Positions 1 to 9,692 of a stretch of 64,000 nucleotides of DNA are shown one piece after another. Each line of letters begins with the position of its first letter. The stretch's first letter is position 1. The notes beneath the pieces are model-generated. The model was not told the origin of the DNA, did no database searches, and was given only the letters and a program-made list of their open reading frames with translations. Made by a program: the position numbers and the translations under genes. The DNA is from Candidatus Kapaibacterium sp. (GTDB lineage Bacteria > Bacteroidota > Ignavibacteria > Kapaibacteriales > Kapaibacteriaceae): contig VEQR01000002.1 in NCBI GenBank assembly GCA_018883125.1, positions 20,023-84,022 on the forward strand, in the 5' to 3' direction.

Positions 1-172
1 GGACGCCGGCACGAAAGACTGGCCGAATGACCCCGTCGAAATCGGGGCCCTGCACCACTCCACGAAGCGTCTGAGACAAACCCGGTAGTGCTGCCACTGC
101 GAGGAAAAGCGCAACAGGTAAAAGCCCGAGACTGCCAAGTCGCGGGCCGTAAAAAGTTCTGCTAATGCCCAT
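1..172 (-). CDS. N-terminal fragment of a secreted protein (continues past the window edge)
   Basis: There is a reverse-strand ATG at 172-170. The reading frame stays open to position 1: MGISRTFYGPRLGSLGLLPVALFLAVAALPGLSQTLRGVVQGPDFDG... It has a signal-peptide-like hydrophobic stretch, then an LRGVVQG start like a CarboxypepD_reg domain. It is too short to appear in the ORF track. Confidence 0.35.
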   Translation of the reverse strand, partial: MGISRTFYGPRLGSLGLLPVALFLAVAALPGLSQTLRGVVQGPDFDGVIRPVFRAGV

Positions 173-218
173 GGCGCAATAGTACGGAAACGGCACCTGA
201 ATAGTATATTGCCTGACG

Positions 219-644
219 TTGAGAAGCATCACCATCATCCTTGCAATCCTCTTGGGCGTCCTGACGGCTGAAGCTGTGCAGGTAACCTTGCAGTTCTTCC
301 AGGCAAAGTCCAACGGCAACTCAATCGTGGTGGAATGGAAGTCAAACGTCGAGACCGACGTTGTCTCGTATGATGTCGAGCGCGCCGGATCCGATAACGT
401 CTTCCGATATGTTGGAACGGTTGCCGCAAAGGGTAGCAACCAGCCGTACTCGTACACCGATGATGAGGCCTTTGGCAAGCGCGATGGCAGCAGTGACGGC
501 TCGGTGGCGCGCAACTACTTCACGTATCGCCTGAAGATTGTTACTGCCGATAAAAACGTCAATTACTCCAATAGCGTCGGCGTTGTGCACAACGTTAGCG
601 GCATTAAGCGGACGTGGGGAATGATCAAGGAGATGTTCCGCTGA
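219..644 (+). CDS. Small secreted beta-sandwich-like protein with a basic C-terminal tail (hypothetical)
   Basis: 141-aa ORF with a TTG start. Signal peptide MRSITIILAILLGVLTAEA. The body is a beta-rich single domain (IVVEWKS..YDVERAG..YRLKIV). It ends in GIKRTWGMIKEMFR. No family was recognised. Confidence 0.55.
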   Translation: MRSITIILAILLGVLTAEAVQVTLQFFQAKSNGNSIVVEWKSNVETDVVSYDVERAGSDNVFRYVGTVAAKGSNQPYSYTDDEAFGKRDGSSDGSVARNYFTYRLKIVTADKNVNYSNSVGVVHNVSGIKRTWGMIKEMFR

Positions 645-2269
645 GCACCGCACGCAGTCTGCCGCATGGCGATGAATGCTCGCGAATAGGATTGTTCCTG
701 TTCGCGTTTTTGTTTTTTGCCCATACCCTTGCCGCGCAGGACGTTGTGCCGGACAGATGTGGTGCCGGTGACCGCTCCGGGGCTGACCGGATCCGCAGGA
801 TCAAACAAGGGACGATCACAGGCGGACGACCAATCCTTGCTCTCTCGGTTGAATCGGTGGACGGACGATTCCGGGTACACTATGACACCTCTGGTCCGCA
901 TGCCGTAGATCTGCGCGACTCGGATGGCAATGACATTCCCGATTACATTGACGAATGTCTGGCCGCACTGGAGCACGCTTGGAAGGTGGAGATCGACACG
1001 CTTGGATACCTCCCGCCCCCTGCCGACGGAATTGATGGCGGCTCCCCCGCACTCGATGTGTACGTAGAGGATCTGGGTCCGATGGGGTTCTACGGCATAG
1101 CCACTCCCGAGAGGATGATCCGCCAAAGTCCAACGGAACTGTGGGTGTCGTTTCTGGAGATCGACAATGACTACAGTCCACTTGATACCATTCCAAGCGG
1201 ACGCAAATCCTATACGACCACGGGCCTTGATGCCCTGCGAATCACATGCGCGCACGAATTCCATCATGCTGTACAGAACGGATCGTACGCCTTCCTGCCG
1301 CAGCACCGGATGCTCTATGAAATGACGTCCACCTGGATGGAGCTCCGCTGCTGGCCCGAGGTGCGGGACTGGGCATTCTATGCATCTGCACTGCTCACGC
1401 GCCCGTCAAGCTGGCCACTATCCCGTTCCACGGGCAACAATGGCTACGTGTGGGGATGGTTCGGCAATGTGCTCGCATCGCTGCCAGGAAATGTCCTGCG
1501 ATCAACCTGGGAGCGCATTGGTCAGGCCCGCATGCCCTATGCAGCCCTCGTAGATGCATGCTCGGCCAGCGGCACTACGATCGACGATGCGTTCTGTGTG
1601 GCCGTCGAATCGCTCTACCGAACAGGCTCTCGAGGCACTTCGAATGCGATACTGCCGGGGGCACAGGATCTGCCGGAGATCGCTGTTTCATCGACGCTTG
1701 AGGTGACGGGCAATCGCTCGGTGTTCTCCGGCAGCATGGCGCCGTTCGAAGTGCGATCCTTTCGATTCAACCTGACCAACCCCGCAGGAGATCGCGCCAA
1801 TGCCGATGTCATCTTGTCTCTGAGCGACGGACGCGTCCTTGCCAATGACACCCTGCGCGATCGTCAGCAGTCCTATGCGATGACGCTCTCCTCGAACCCT
1901 TCAACGAGCGACGTCCCCATTGCCTCAACCGGCTGGGGTGTGGGACTGACGCCGGATGCTCATTGCATCGCGGTGGAGGGAATCGCACTTCTTGAGACTG
2001 CATCGCCCTTCCCCCAGCCCCTTGACCTCTCCTCACCCGTGCTCTATGTTCCAGTTGCAGGGGGCTCTGTGGGCGACTCCGTTTCGGTGTCCATTCTCGA
2101 CCTTTCCATGCGTCCGGCTCAGCCCACCATGATGGCCACGATCTCCGTCGTTGAGCGTCGTGTGGTGGCAACCATGACGGTTGACAGGACGATCACTCCC
2201 GGTACCTACCTGCTTTTTGTTGATGATCGGCGTTCGACGCCATCAATGCGGAAGATCTACATTCGATGA
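614..2269 (+). CDS. Secreted HExxH zinc metalloprotease with a T9SS C-terminal sorting domain
   Basis: 551 aa. Hydrophobic leader IGLFLFAFLFFAHTLAAQ. Zinc-protease motif CAHEFHHAVQ. The last ~85 aa (SPFPQPL...GTYLLFVDD...KIYIR) have the pattern of a Por secretion tail. The GTG start at 614 overlaps the previous ORF by 31 nt; TTG at 692 is an alternative start. Confidence 0.7.
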   Translation: MGNDQGDVPLSTARSLPHGDECSRIGLFLFAFLFFAHTLAAQDVVPDRCGAGDRSGADRIRRIKQGTITGGRPILALSVESVDGRFRVHYDTSGPHAVDLRDSDGNDIPDYIDECLAALEHAWKVEIDTLGYLPPPADGIDGGSPALDVYVEDLGPMGFYGIATPERMIRQSPTELWVSFLEIDNDYSPLDTIPSGRKSYTTTGLDALRITCAHEFHHAVQNGSYAFLPQHRMLYEMTSTWMELRCWPEVRDWAFYASALLTRPSSWPLSRSTGNNGYVWGWFGNVLASLPGNVLRSTWERIGQARMPYAALVDACSASGTTIDDAFCVAVESLYRTGSRGTSNAILPGAQDLPEIAVSSTLEVTGNRSVFSGSMAPFEVRSFRFNLTNPAGDRANADVILSLSDGRVLANDTLRDRQQSYAMTLSSNPSTSDVPIASTGWGVGLTPDAHCIAVEGIALLETASPFPQPLDLSSPVLYVPVAGGSVGDSVSVSILDLSMRPAQPTMMATISVVERRVVATMTVDRTITPGTYLLFVDDRRSTPSMRKIYIR

Positions 2270-2907
2270 ATGCGCGGCTGGATGTCATCGGGCTCTCGAA
2301 GCGCTATGCACGTCGGCTCGTGGTTGACAGAATCGATCTGCAGGCCAGCTCGGGCCAGGTGATCGGTATTGTTGGCGCTAACGGCTCCGGCAAGTCCACC
2401 CTGGTGAAAATGATCGCAGGTCTGCTCCGCCCTGATGCCGGCACGATTACGCTATCAATGGCCGACGGGATCGTTAGCGCCCAATTGATGCATGAACACT
2501 GCGGACTGGTTGCCCCTTATCTGCAGATCTATGACGAGTTCACGCCCGTTGAACATCTGCACCTGCACGCTCGGCTACACGGGCGGACACTCGACGCATC
2601 GCGCGTTGAGGAGGTGCTGTCGCTGGTGGGCCTGGATGCAGCAACAACGCGCATCATCCGGAGCTTCTCAAGCGGAATGCGTCAGCGTATGAGCATAGCA
2701 CTTGCCGTTTCCCTGATGCCTCCACTGCTTCTGCTCGACGAACCAGGCGTCACCCTCGATGAAGCCGGACGTCAGACATTATCTCGATGCATCGACATCG
2801 CTCGCGCCAACGGGTCTATCGTGATCCTTGCCACAAACGACGACCGCGAACGCAGCCTGTGCGATCGAGTTGTGGTGATGACGGATGACCGCTCCGTTGT
2901 TTCGTGA
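2266..2907 (+). CDS. ABC transporter ATP-binding protein (orphan, degenerate H-loop)
   Basis: 213 aa. Walker A GANGSGKST, signature-like FSSGMRQR, Walker B LLLLDEP. The H-loop position reads ATND, with no His. It shares an ATGA overlap with the upstream protease gene. No permease gene is adjacent. Confidence 0.85.
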   Translation: MNARLDVIGLSKRYARRLVVDRIDLQASSGQVIGIVGANGSGKSTLVKMIAGLLRPDAGTITLSMADGIVSAQLMHEHCGLVAPYLQIYDEFTPVEHLHLHARLHGRTLDASRVEEVLSLVGLDAATTRIIRSFSSGMRQRMSIALAVSLMPPLLLLDEPGVTLDEAGRQTLSRCIDIARANGSIVILATNDDRERSLCDRVVVMTDDRSVVS

Positions 2908-2922
2908 TTGCGCGCAGAGCGC

Positions 2923-5694
2923 CTACTCTCCAAATCCTCTGAATCGATAACTGAACGTCAGCAGCGCAACTCGGCGCAATATCGCCGTGCTACGATCCTC
3001 TGTGAAAACGTTGGAGAACGTGCGGTTCACGTCGTTGTTCTGGTTCAGGGCATCGCGAATGCTGAGCTCGAGTTGGCCACGATCACCATCAAAAAGTGAC
3101 TGCTTGAGCGCAATGTTGAGGAGAGTAATGTTCTGACTGAAACCGGCGGATAGTCCGCCGTTGCGTTGATTTGATACATCGGCAACCAGACGCATTCCAT
3201 GCCAGAGTTTGAGAGACAGATTTGCGCTGATACTCATCGTCGAGAAGGCGTTGTTCATGCCCGACCGCAGAGAATTCGAGACACGACCGGTTCGGTAGTT
3301 CACCGCCGCACCCATGGTAAAGACATCGGTATTGTCGTACTCGGCATCAAAGCCGACTGATGCCGATGGCGAGGTGGCTTCGTTGCGTGCAGAATTGATA
3401 AGTCCGGGGGTCATTCCATAGTTGAGATCGATATTCGCACTCAGGCGCAAAGGAAGCGTATCAACCCGAAATCCAAAGTATCCGGTAATGGATGAAGAGT
3501 ACTCACCATTGAGATTCACTGGACGCGTCAGCTGAGCCCCCTGCAGAAGTGGAATTCCGTCAACCAACGAGTCGCGACCGGCAATGATCGTACTCGTGCC
3601 GATGTAGTCATTGGTAAAACCGACATTAACCGACACATAACCCCACCCATCTATGGATGGGATCGAGGTGTGGTACATACCCCGAACTGTGTTCATTACG
3701 GCCTGCCTCAGTTCTGGTGTGCCGATCGAAAGCTGCAGTGGGTTTGAGTTGTCGAGAACGTTCTGCATCTGCGAGATCGTCGGCAATTCAGTACTCATCG
3801 TGTAATCGAAGGACACATAGGTGTTCTGCATGTCGTTCATCGACAGCGACAGCCACGGTAGGACATTGCGGAATACTCTGGACGTGGAAGCTGTTACCGG
3901 GAAGGTGCTCGTGCCACTGAGATCGGCGGATTGATACTTCAATCCCGAGGTGAAGCGCCAGACGGAGTCGTGCCACACATACGCCGCACTTGAGGCGAGC
4001 CGGGACAGGTCCTGCTCAAAGGCATTCGACAGTGCTGTGTCAAGGAGCGTGTAGGCCTGCTGACCTGACGGCGTGACCCTGGTTTGGCGATCGGCTTTGG
4101 ACGTCTGAAGGTCGCCATCGACCTTGATAGTTAGCTCACTCCGGTCGGTAAGGGGCTCCGTGTACGACACCCTGGGTGTGAGCTGTGTACGCTGATCACT
4201 CTGCGTACCACGCTGATCGGTGGTGTCAGACGTCTGCGGCATGGCCGCGCTGCCGGCAAGGGCATTCAAACGTCGTGTCTGGTCGGAAGCTGATCGATTG
4301 AGTACCGCCTCCACCTCGAAACTGCGACGGGGCTTTGCAAAGCGGTGCCGCAGGTTTACACTGGTAGTGATGGTGCTACCATCGGATTCCGTGCCTGACT
4401 GCGTGCTGTTCGTACTGAGCGTGTCGATTCCATTGATCGTTGCGCCCGAGAACCGCGAAGAGTTTGTGGCATTGTTGAATCGGACTCCTGTGATCACCGA
4501 CAACTGCGATGAAGAATCGAGATCGATTTTGGCATTCAATCGCACATTGTGACTTGTAGCTGTCTGCACGGTGGTATCAGCCTGACGAAACCGCTGTTGC
4601 GCAAGCTCGGGTGTGACGAACTGACGCAACAGCGACGTTGCAACATCTGTGATCCTATTCTTGACGTTGTAGGATCCCGTGATCTTGATCGGTCCCTTTG
4701 TATTGGCAAAGGTGGTTGCTGCGGACTTCGTCTGGGTAATCCCCTGACGATCCGAATCAAAGAAGTCGTCGAGACTTCCATCATTGTAGATCATCATTGT
4801 TCCACCCTGCTCGGACGTCTGCTCGGGCGCTGCCGCACGGAAGACATCGTTGAAGTCAAAGCTCTGGTCGTTGATGTTATTGGCCATTGCCAGGACCGAC
4901 AACCTATACGTTGAATCAAACCGGTTAAAGCTTCCCGAGCCCTGGTATCGATTCGCAAGACCATAGCCGGCCTGGGACTTTCCGAAGTATCCGAAGCGCT
5001 TATCTTGCTGAGTAACGATATTTATGGTCTTGGTGGTCGACTGTTCATCGGCCCCAGTAAACTGTGCCGACTCGCTCTTTGTATCGTAGATCTGCACCTT
5101 GTCAACAATGTCAGCCGGAAGATTGCTCAGCGTCTGCATAGCGTCATAGCCAAAGAAGACCTGACCATCGACGAGAACCTTGTCGACCTCTTCGCCCATG
5201 GCGCGGATCTTCCCGCCGTCGAACGCAACACCGGGCAATTGCTTGATGAGCTTGTCGGCATCAGCGTCGGGAGCCACCTTGAACGCCAGTGCGTCGTACT
5301 CTGTGGTGTCGCCCCGCTGCATTGTGCGCAGTCTGTTCTGCGTCACAAGGATCGCGGCTCCCATGACGGCACTCTCGACCAATCGAATCGTGTCTAACTC
5401 GCCCCCTGTTCGACCAATCTCGATCGTATCGGCGAAGGGGCGAAAGCCAACGTAGGAAACACGCACAACGGCCCGCCCATCGCCGGTTCCGCGCACGACA
5501 TAGCGTCCGCGTCGGTCCGTAACAGCACCACTGGCAAGCGAATCCCCCACTCTCGTTATCACTACGGTTGCGCCGAACAACCCTCGACGGGAAGCACTGT
5601 CGACAACCATGCCACGAACCTCGCGGCGCTGAGCCACGGAAATCACTGACGCACCGATGAGCAGTGCGAGTGCCCACGCCGTTAATCGTATCAT
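2923..5694 (-). CDS. Outer-membrane beta-barrel protein, TonB-dependent-receptor-like, with a CarboxypepD_reg-like N-terminus
   Basis: 923 aa. Signal peptide MIRLTAWALALLIGASVISVAQ. N-terminal domain VRGMVVDS..GATVVI..YVGF. A long Ser/Thr/Asn/Gly-rich strand-like region follows. The C-terminus LLTFSYRFRGFGE is typical of an outer-membrane barrel. Confidence 0.8.
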   Translation of the reverse strand: MIRLTAWALALLIGASVISVAQRREVRGMVVDSASRRGLFGATVVITRVGDSLASGAVTDRRGRYVVRGTGDGRAVVRVSYVGFRPFADTIEIGRTGGELDTIRLVESAVMGAAILVTQNRLRTMQRGDTTEYDALAFKVAPDADADKLIKQLPGVAFDGGKIRAMGEEVDKVLVDGQVFFGYDAMQTLSNLPADIVDKVQIYDTKSESAQFTGADEQSTTKTINIVTQQDKRFGYFGKSQAGYGLANRYQGSGSFNRFDSTYRLSVLAMANNINDQSFDFNDVFRAAAPEQTSEQGGTMMIYNDGSLDDFFDSDRQGITQTKSAATTFANTKGPIKITGSYNVKNRITDVATSLLRQFVTPELAQQRFRQADTTVQTATSHNVRLNAKIDLDSSSQLSVITGVRFNNATNSSRFSGATINGIDTLSTNSTQSGTESDGSTITTSVNLRHRFAKPRRSFEVEAVLNRSASDQTRRLNALAGSAAMPQTSDTTDQRGTQSDQRTQLTPRVSYTEPLTDRSELTIKVDGDLQTSKADRQTRVTPSGQQAYTLLDTALSNAFEQDLSRLASSAAYVWHDSVWRFTSGLKYQSADLSGTSTFPVTASTSRVFRNVLPWLSLSMNDMQNTYVSFDYTMSTELPTISQMQNVLDNSNPLQLSIGTPELRQAVMNTVRGMYHTSIPSIDGWGYVSVNVGFTNDYIGTSTIIAGRDSLVDGIPLLQGAQLTRPVNLNGEYSSSITGYFGFRVDTLPLRLSANIDLNYGMTPGLINSARNEATSPSASVGFDAEYDNTDVFTMGAAVNYRTGRVSNSLRSGMNNAFSTMSISANLSLKLWHGMRLVADVSNQRNGGLSAGFSQNITLLNIALKQSLFDGDRGQLELSIRDALNQNNDVNRTFSNVFTEDRSTAILRRVALLTFSYRFRGFGE

Positions 5695-5760
5695 GAATCC
5701 TCGGAAACGTTTACCGACTCGTTGATAGGATCGATATTGTACTGAGTGGTATCAAATGAA

Positions 5761-5814
5761 CTGCGGGCGTGCTGACGCTTCCCGTGTTCGGGAAATCCGT
5801 CGGCACGCCCGCAG
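5761..5814 (-). terminator. Long stem-loop downstream of the DUF1573 gene (putative terminator)
   Basis: ctgcgggcgtgctgacg...cgtcggcacgcccgcag forms a stem of about 17 bp with an internal ttcccg/cgggaa hairpin. It lies 25 nt after the stop at 5839. On the minus strand it is followed by ttcatttgat, which is only weakly T-rich. Confidence 0.45.
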
Positions 5815-5838
5815 GTGTGTACTACGTTTTTGAAGCGT

Positions 5839-6639
5839 TTACGGCTTTGCCGGAGCGTTCTGGAAGACCGGACTTGTAGACTCTTGCACAAAACCATAGG
5901 CGCGCAGGTCTACGTCCGGGTTGTCTGGGTGCGTTGTCTTGAACTTCACACCGCCATTGTAGTTGCCCTTAGCAAGTGGCACCAGCTTGGCAATAATGTC
6001 CAGCTTACTCTTAGCCTTCACAACAACGCGCCCGGTGTGGTTAACAACAACCCCACCTTCGGTCTGCCAGTCGGAGAGTGTGACATCAGCGTCAGAATTG
6101 TTCACCATTTCAACCTTCGACGTTGCTTCCACACCAACCTTGAGGTCATTGAACGCAAAGTACATTGATGGATTGAACGCGATCTCGCGCTGAACGTCTG
6201 CCTTCAGCCACAGGTAACCTGTGCGGATGTTCGTATCGGCACCGCTTGGAACAGTCTTGCCGCTGGTACGGAATTCCTTCAGGGCATCATTGCCCGCAAG
6301 GTCGGCCCACGAAAGGGTGATGCTCTTGGTGAGTGAACCGGCCTGTGTTGGTGAAATGTTCAGCTTGACCTTCATGGTGCTGATCTCACCCGGCTTCAGA
6401 TCGTACTTATCCGGATCGGTCTTTGTGCATCCGCAACCGGGACGAACTTCCGTGATGCGCACAGCGCGATCGCCGGTGTTCTTCATTTGGATGGATGCTT
6501 CGAGATACCCTTCCTTCGGGGGCTTGACCTTACCCCAGTCGTAGGTGTCACCACCGACGACTTCAAGTTTTGCCTGAGCAGATGCCGATATCGTGGCAAA
6601 CACACCAACGACGGCAATAAGCAGAATGCGGTTGAGCAT
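5839..6639 (-). CDS. DUF1573 domain-containing secreted protein
   Basis: The internal ATG at 6639 gives the signal peptide MLNRILLIAVVGVFATISASAQA. The hallmark motif VRPGCGCTKTD is present in the first domain, followed by a second similar beta domain. The 44-aa upstream ORF extension lacks signal features. Confidence 0.75.
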   Translation of the reverse strand: MLNRILLIAVVGVFATISASAQAKLEVVGGDTYDWGKVKPPKEGYLEASIQMKNTGDRAVRITEVRPGCGCTKTDPDKYDLKPGEISTMKVKLNISPTQAGSLTKSITLSWADLAGNDALKEFRTSGKTVPSGADTNIRTGYLWLKADVQREIAFNPSMYFAFNDLKVGVEATSKVEMVNNSDADVTLSDWQTEGGVVVNHTGRVVVKAKSKLDIIAKLVPLAKGNYNGGVKFKTTHPDNPDVDLRAYGFVQESTSPVFQNAPAKP

Positions 6640-6719
6640 TGGTAAACTCCAAACAAAAAAGTGTGGTGCAGTGAGTGTGCGTGGTTGACGAACACGGAAC
6701 AAATATAGTATCCCCGCGG

Positions 6720-7478
6720 CTATCGCCCCCTCATCACGCGGATGCCAAGTCCAAGATCTGAGCTGCGCCACGGATGTGCCGCAGACAGACTACCGATAGT
6801 TGTTCCTATTCGCAGAAAAGGCTCGATATAGTACCCGAAGGAAAGGGGCACATCATACCCCACCGAGAGATAAGGCTCCAGTACAACCGACGCCGCATCA
6901 TCAAGTCCGGTGGTGGGGAGAACGGCCTCGCGCGATCCGTCGGTAAAGGTGGCATCTGGCGGACCGACGACCGTTTCCCGATTTGCCATGGAGGAGGACA
7001 CGAGAATATTCGCCCGGGCCCCTGCGTCCACTACGAGCATGGTTCCGCCGACACGCTGCCGGAACTCGGCCCCAACAGTGAGGTGGGTCAGGTTCGCATT
7101 CAACAGGTACTGTGTGACAAGGGGCGCTTCATTAGCCCGCGGATAGGTCGATATCGGGGCGGCAAACTCGGCGGACTGCATCACCAGGCCAACCTGGAGG
7201 GCAACGGCCTGCTGCGGAGCAAACCAATACTCGGCCAGAAGTCCAATCCGAATAGGAGTGGACGAACCGTTTTCATACGAACAGCATGCATTGGCGATGT
7301 CCTTCTCGAGATACGGCAAGGCTCCGCGATGGCTCGCCAGCCCCATACCCGCCTCAAGTCCCAAGAACATCGTCGGGGCCTGATAGGGCCGTCGCAAAGA
7401 AGGTTGCCAGTCGAATCCCTGCGCGGTGAGTTCGTACGCGAGCACCAGCGCAGCAACGATGATCACAGACAATTTCAT
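6720..7478 (-). CDS. Small outer-membrane beta-barrel protein, CC-x-YE motif family (paralog of 42371..43195)
   Basis: 252 aa. Signal peptide MKLSVIIVAALVLAYELTAQG. The body has an alternating beta-strand pattern. It shares ANACCSYENGSS and a C-terminal WRSSDLGLGIRV with the 274-aa protein at 42371 (SCCPGYESTSGS, WTISPLRIGVGIL). Its start overlaps the upstream cargo gene stop as ATGA. Confidence 0.6.
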   Translation of the reverse strand: MKLSVIIVAALVLAYELTAQGFDWQPSLRRPYQAPTMFLGLEAGMGLASHRGALPYLEKDIANACCSYENGSSTPIRIGLLAEYWFAPQQAVALQVGLVMQSAEFAAPISTYPRANEAPLVTQYLLNANLTHLTVGAEFRQRVGGTMLVVDAGARANILVSSSMANRETVVGPPDATFTDGSREAVLPTTGLDDAASVVLEPYLSVGYDVPLSFGYYIEPFLRIGTTIGSLSAAHPWRSSDLGLGIRVMRGR

Positions 7479-9676
7479 CGCTGCACCACGAGAGGAATCG
7501 TCTGCATGCCGTCGCCCATGCGAACGACAACCGCATAGGCGGCAGGGGGCAACATGGACACATCGATCGTGGCTGTTGTGATGGCGTCAGTGCATACGAC
7601 CTGCATCGTCTGAACACACGGCCGACCAAGTGCATCGAGCACGTCAACAGACATCACACTTCCCTGCTGAGCTATCACAGCCACGGTAGCACCATCGAAC
7701 GCCGGGTTGGGCAGCACGCCGGCCCGGAAGGTCTTGAGTCCACTGACTGCCGTCTTGTACGACAGACCGCAAACAGAATCGATGGAGACCCGTCCGGCAC
7801 GGACGCGAAGCGGCAGCAGATCCGGACACTCGGCAAGACCAACCGTGCTGTTATCGGGATTGATCACCACCCTTGTTGATGACGAGTCACCGAGAAACAG
7901 TCGCATGCGAAGCGTTATCAGGGTATCGCCTTCACCAAAGCCTGCGTCATCACGTAGGTCAACAACAGCTCCCTGAGGACGGGCATCAATAGACGCAAGG
8001 GCAGTGGCACTTGCGGTGCCCTGGCGCTGCAGGTCAATGATGGCCGCAACACTCGGGTTGAAATTCACAAACAGTGATGCACGCTGGAGTCCACGGACAA
8101 ACCCGGACCCGACGACCACAGGAACGGCAACAACCGAACCAGGCCGTGCCGACGCATCGGCCACGGTGTGCAGGGCAAGTGTATCGGCCGATATGGCCGT
8201 TGCAACAAATGGAATGGGGCGGCGTGGCTCCACACCTGTTGAATGCAGCACAACGTCGCCGGTGATACGGCCCGGAAATCCGGCTCTGAAGGAGCATTGC
8301 AACGTACGCACTGCTCCGGCCGGAAGAAGGTATTGCTGCGGCGTAACAGTGATGCCGGCATCAGGGGGCGACACGGTTACCGAGTCGACACGGATATCGG
8401 TATTACCGAGGTTCGAGATCTCTACCTGCGCGGAAGCTTCATTGGAGCATGTCGAAGAAACGATGACCGGACCAAGAGAAAGGGGCTCTGGAACAACCTT
8501 CACACTCGACCGTGCCCGGCCGATCACGATCAGGGAGCGGCGCGCCGCCTCCGAAGGGACGTCGCCAAATCCGCGGCGCAGAAGATCCGTGAAGACATCA
8601 AGGCGCGCAATACACTCACCTCGTTGTGAAGGGGCAAAGCCAACACTCACGGTATCTGTGCGATCAATACCAATCGACGTGGCAAATCGAGACAGCGTAA
8701 AAGCCCCTTGCCCCTTGATGGGAACAACAACAATGCTGTCGATGTGCACATCGGCATTACCGGCATTACGCAGACGAACATTCAGGTTTACCACAGACCC
8801 GGCCAGAACGTCGCTAACGATCACCGTGTCAGGCTGTGCCACCACGATTGGAGAACTCACACCCGAAGCGCTTGCGCCGACGATATCGATGCGCTGTTCA
8901 ACACCCACGCCGCTTATCCGCGTCATGACGATCGTATCACGAACGTTGTCAGCATTCACATATCGCAATTCGAAGTCCGCACTATCGCGTCCACGATCGA
9001 GCGGGCGGTACGATACCTTCCAGTCAATCGCTCCTCGTTCGGGGAACTCCACACGGGCAAACGTATCAACCTGAATCTCCTGCGGACCCAATGACGGGGT
9101 GCGAAGAAGTAGTCGCTGGGATACCACTGGGAATCGTACCGGCAGGAGATTCTGCACGGTGTACGTTACCTGCCGAGCCATGGGTGTGGCTAGATACACA
9201 CTATCAAAACGGACGTGCCGCTGCACAGTGCCCAGAACGTTACCGGTCTTGAGTCCACGTAGGATGAGCACCTTCCGCTGAATCGGGCTCTGAGACGGTA
9301 GACGAAGCACGTCGAGCACGAGTCGTACCTCAGCCACAGAATCTGCGGGAAAGAAAGCAACGTCGGCCCGATAACGCACGTTGAGAGACCGTGTGGTCTG
9401 GGGCGAAATGTCCTCGTTACTGAACAAGCCCTCGAACTCGTTCACCACCGGTGATTGCTGACCAGAGATATCGGTCCGCGACGGTACGATACGAACGGTT
9501 GAGTCGGTTGCGTTGCGCACGGTGAAGGAGCGCGTGAGCGGCCGATTGAACGTCGTAACGCCAAAGACGATCACCGTGTCGGACTTGGCCGACTCGTCTA
9601 TGAATATCTCGACTTGTGCCTGCGTCCGGACAATTCCCAACGCAGTGATGGCCGCGATGATCAGCCAATGGCGCAT
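7475..9676 (-). CDS. Large secreted protein: repeated choice-of-anchor-D/ASH-like beta domains, a cohesin-like module and a T9SS C-terminal domain
   Basis: The ATG at 9676 gives the signal peptide MRHWLIIAAITALGIVRTQAQ (733 aa). Segments such as FGVTTFNRPLTRSFTVRNATDSTVRI recur. A cohesin-like segment reads ARPGSVVAVPVVVGSG...LFVNFNPSV. The C-terminus LPNPAFDGATV...AAYAVVVRMGDGMQTIPLVVQR looks like a T9SS sorting domain. Confidence 0.7.
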   Translation of the reverse strand: MRHWLIIAAITALGIVRTQAQVEIFIDESAKSDTVIVFGVTTFNRPLTRSFTVRNATDSTVRIVPSRTDISGQQSPVVNEFEGLFSNEDISPQTTRSLNVRYRADVAFFPADSVAEVRLVLDVLRLPSQSPIQRKVLILRGLKTGNVLGTVQRHVRFDSVYLATPMARQVTYTVQNLLPVRFPVVSQRLLLRTPSLGPQEIQVDTFARVEFPERGAIDWKVSYRPLDRGRDSADFELRYVNADNVRDTIVMTRISGVGVEQRIDIVGASASGVSSPIVVAQPDTVIVSDVLAGSVVNLNVRLRNAGNADVHIDSIVVVPIKGQGAFTLSRFATSIGIDRTDTVSVGFAPSQRGECIARLDVFTDLLRRGFGDVPSEAARRSLIVIGRARSSVKVVPEPLSLGPVIVSSTCSNEASAQVEISNLGNTDIRVDSVTVSPPDAGITVTPQQYLLPAGAVRTLQCSFRAGFPGRITGDVVLHSTGVEPRRPIPFVATAISADTLALHTVADASARPGSVVAVPVVVGSGFVRGLQRASLFVNFNPSVAAIIDLQRQGTASATALASIDARPQGAVVDLRDDAGFGEGDTLITLRMRLFLGDSSSTRVVINPDNSTVGLAECPDLLPLRVRAGRVSIDSVCGLSYKTAVSGLKTFRAGVLPNPAFDGATVAVIAQQGSVMSVDVLDALGRPCVQTMQVVCTDAITTATIDVSMLPPAAYAVVVRMGDGMQTIPLVVQR

Positions 9677-9692
9677 AGGTGCACCGGCGGTG

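Noticed and set aside
563-1306. 247-aa ORF on the minus strand
   Set aside because: It is antisense to the HExxH protease gene and has no signal or motif features.
8004-9074. 356-aa ORF on the plus strand, together with several 60-130-aa ORFs nearby
   Set aside because: They are antisense to the 733-aa T9SS cargo gene. Their low-complexity Arg/Ser/Thr/Pro composition marks them as shadow ORFs.
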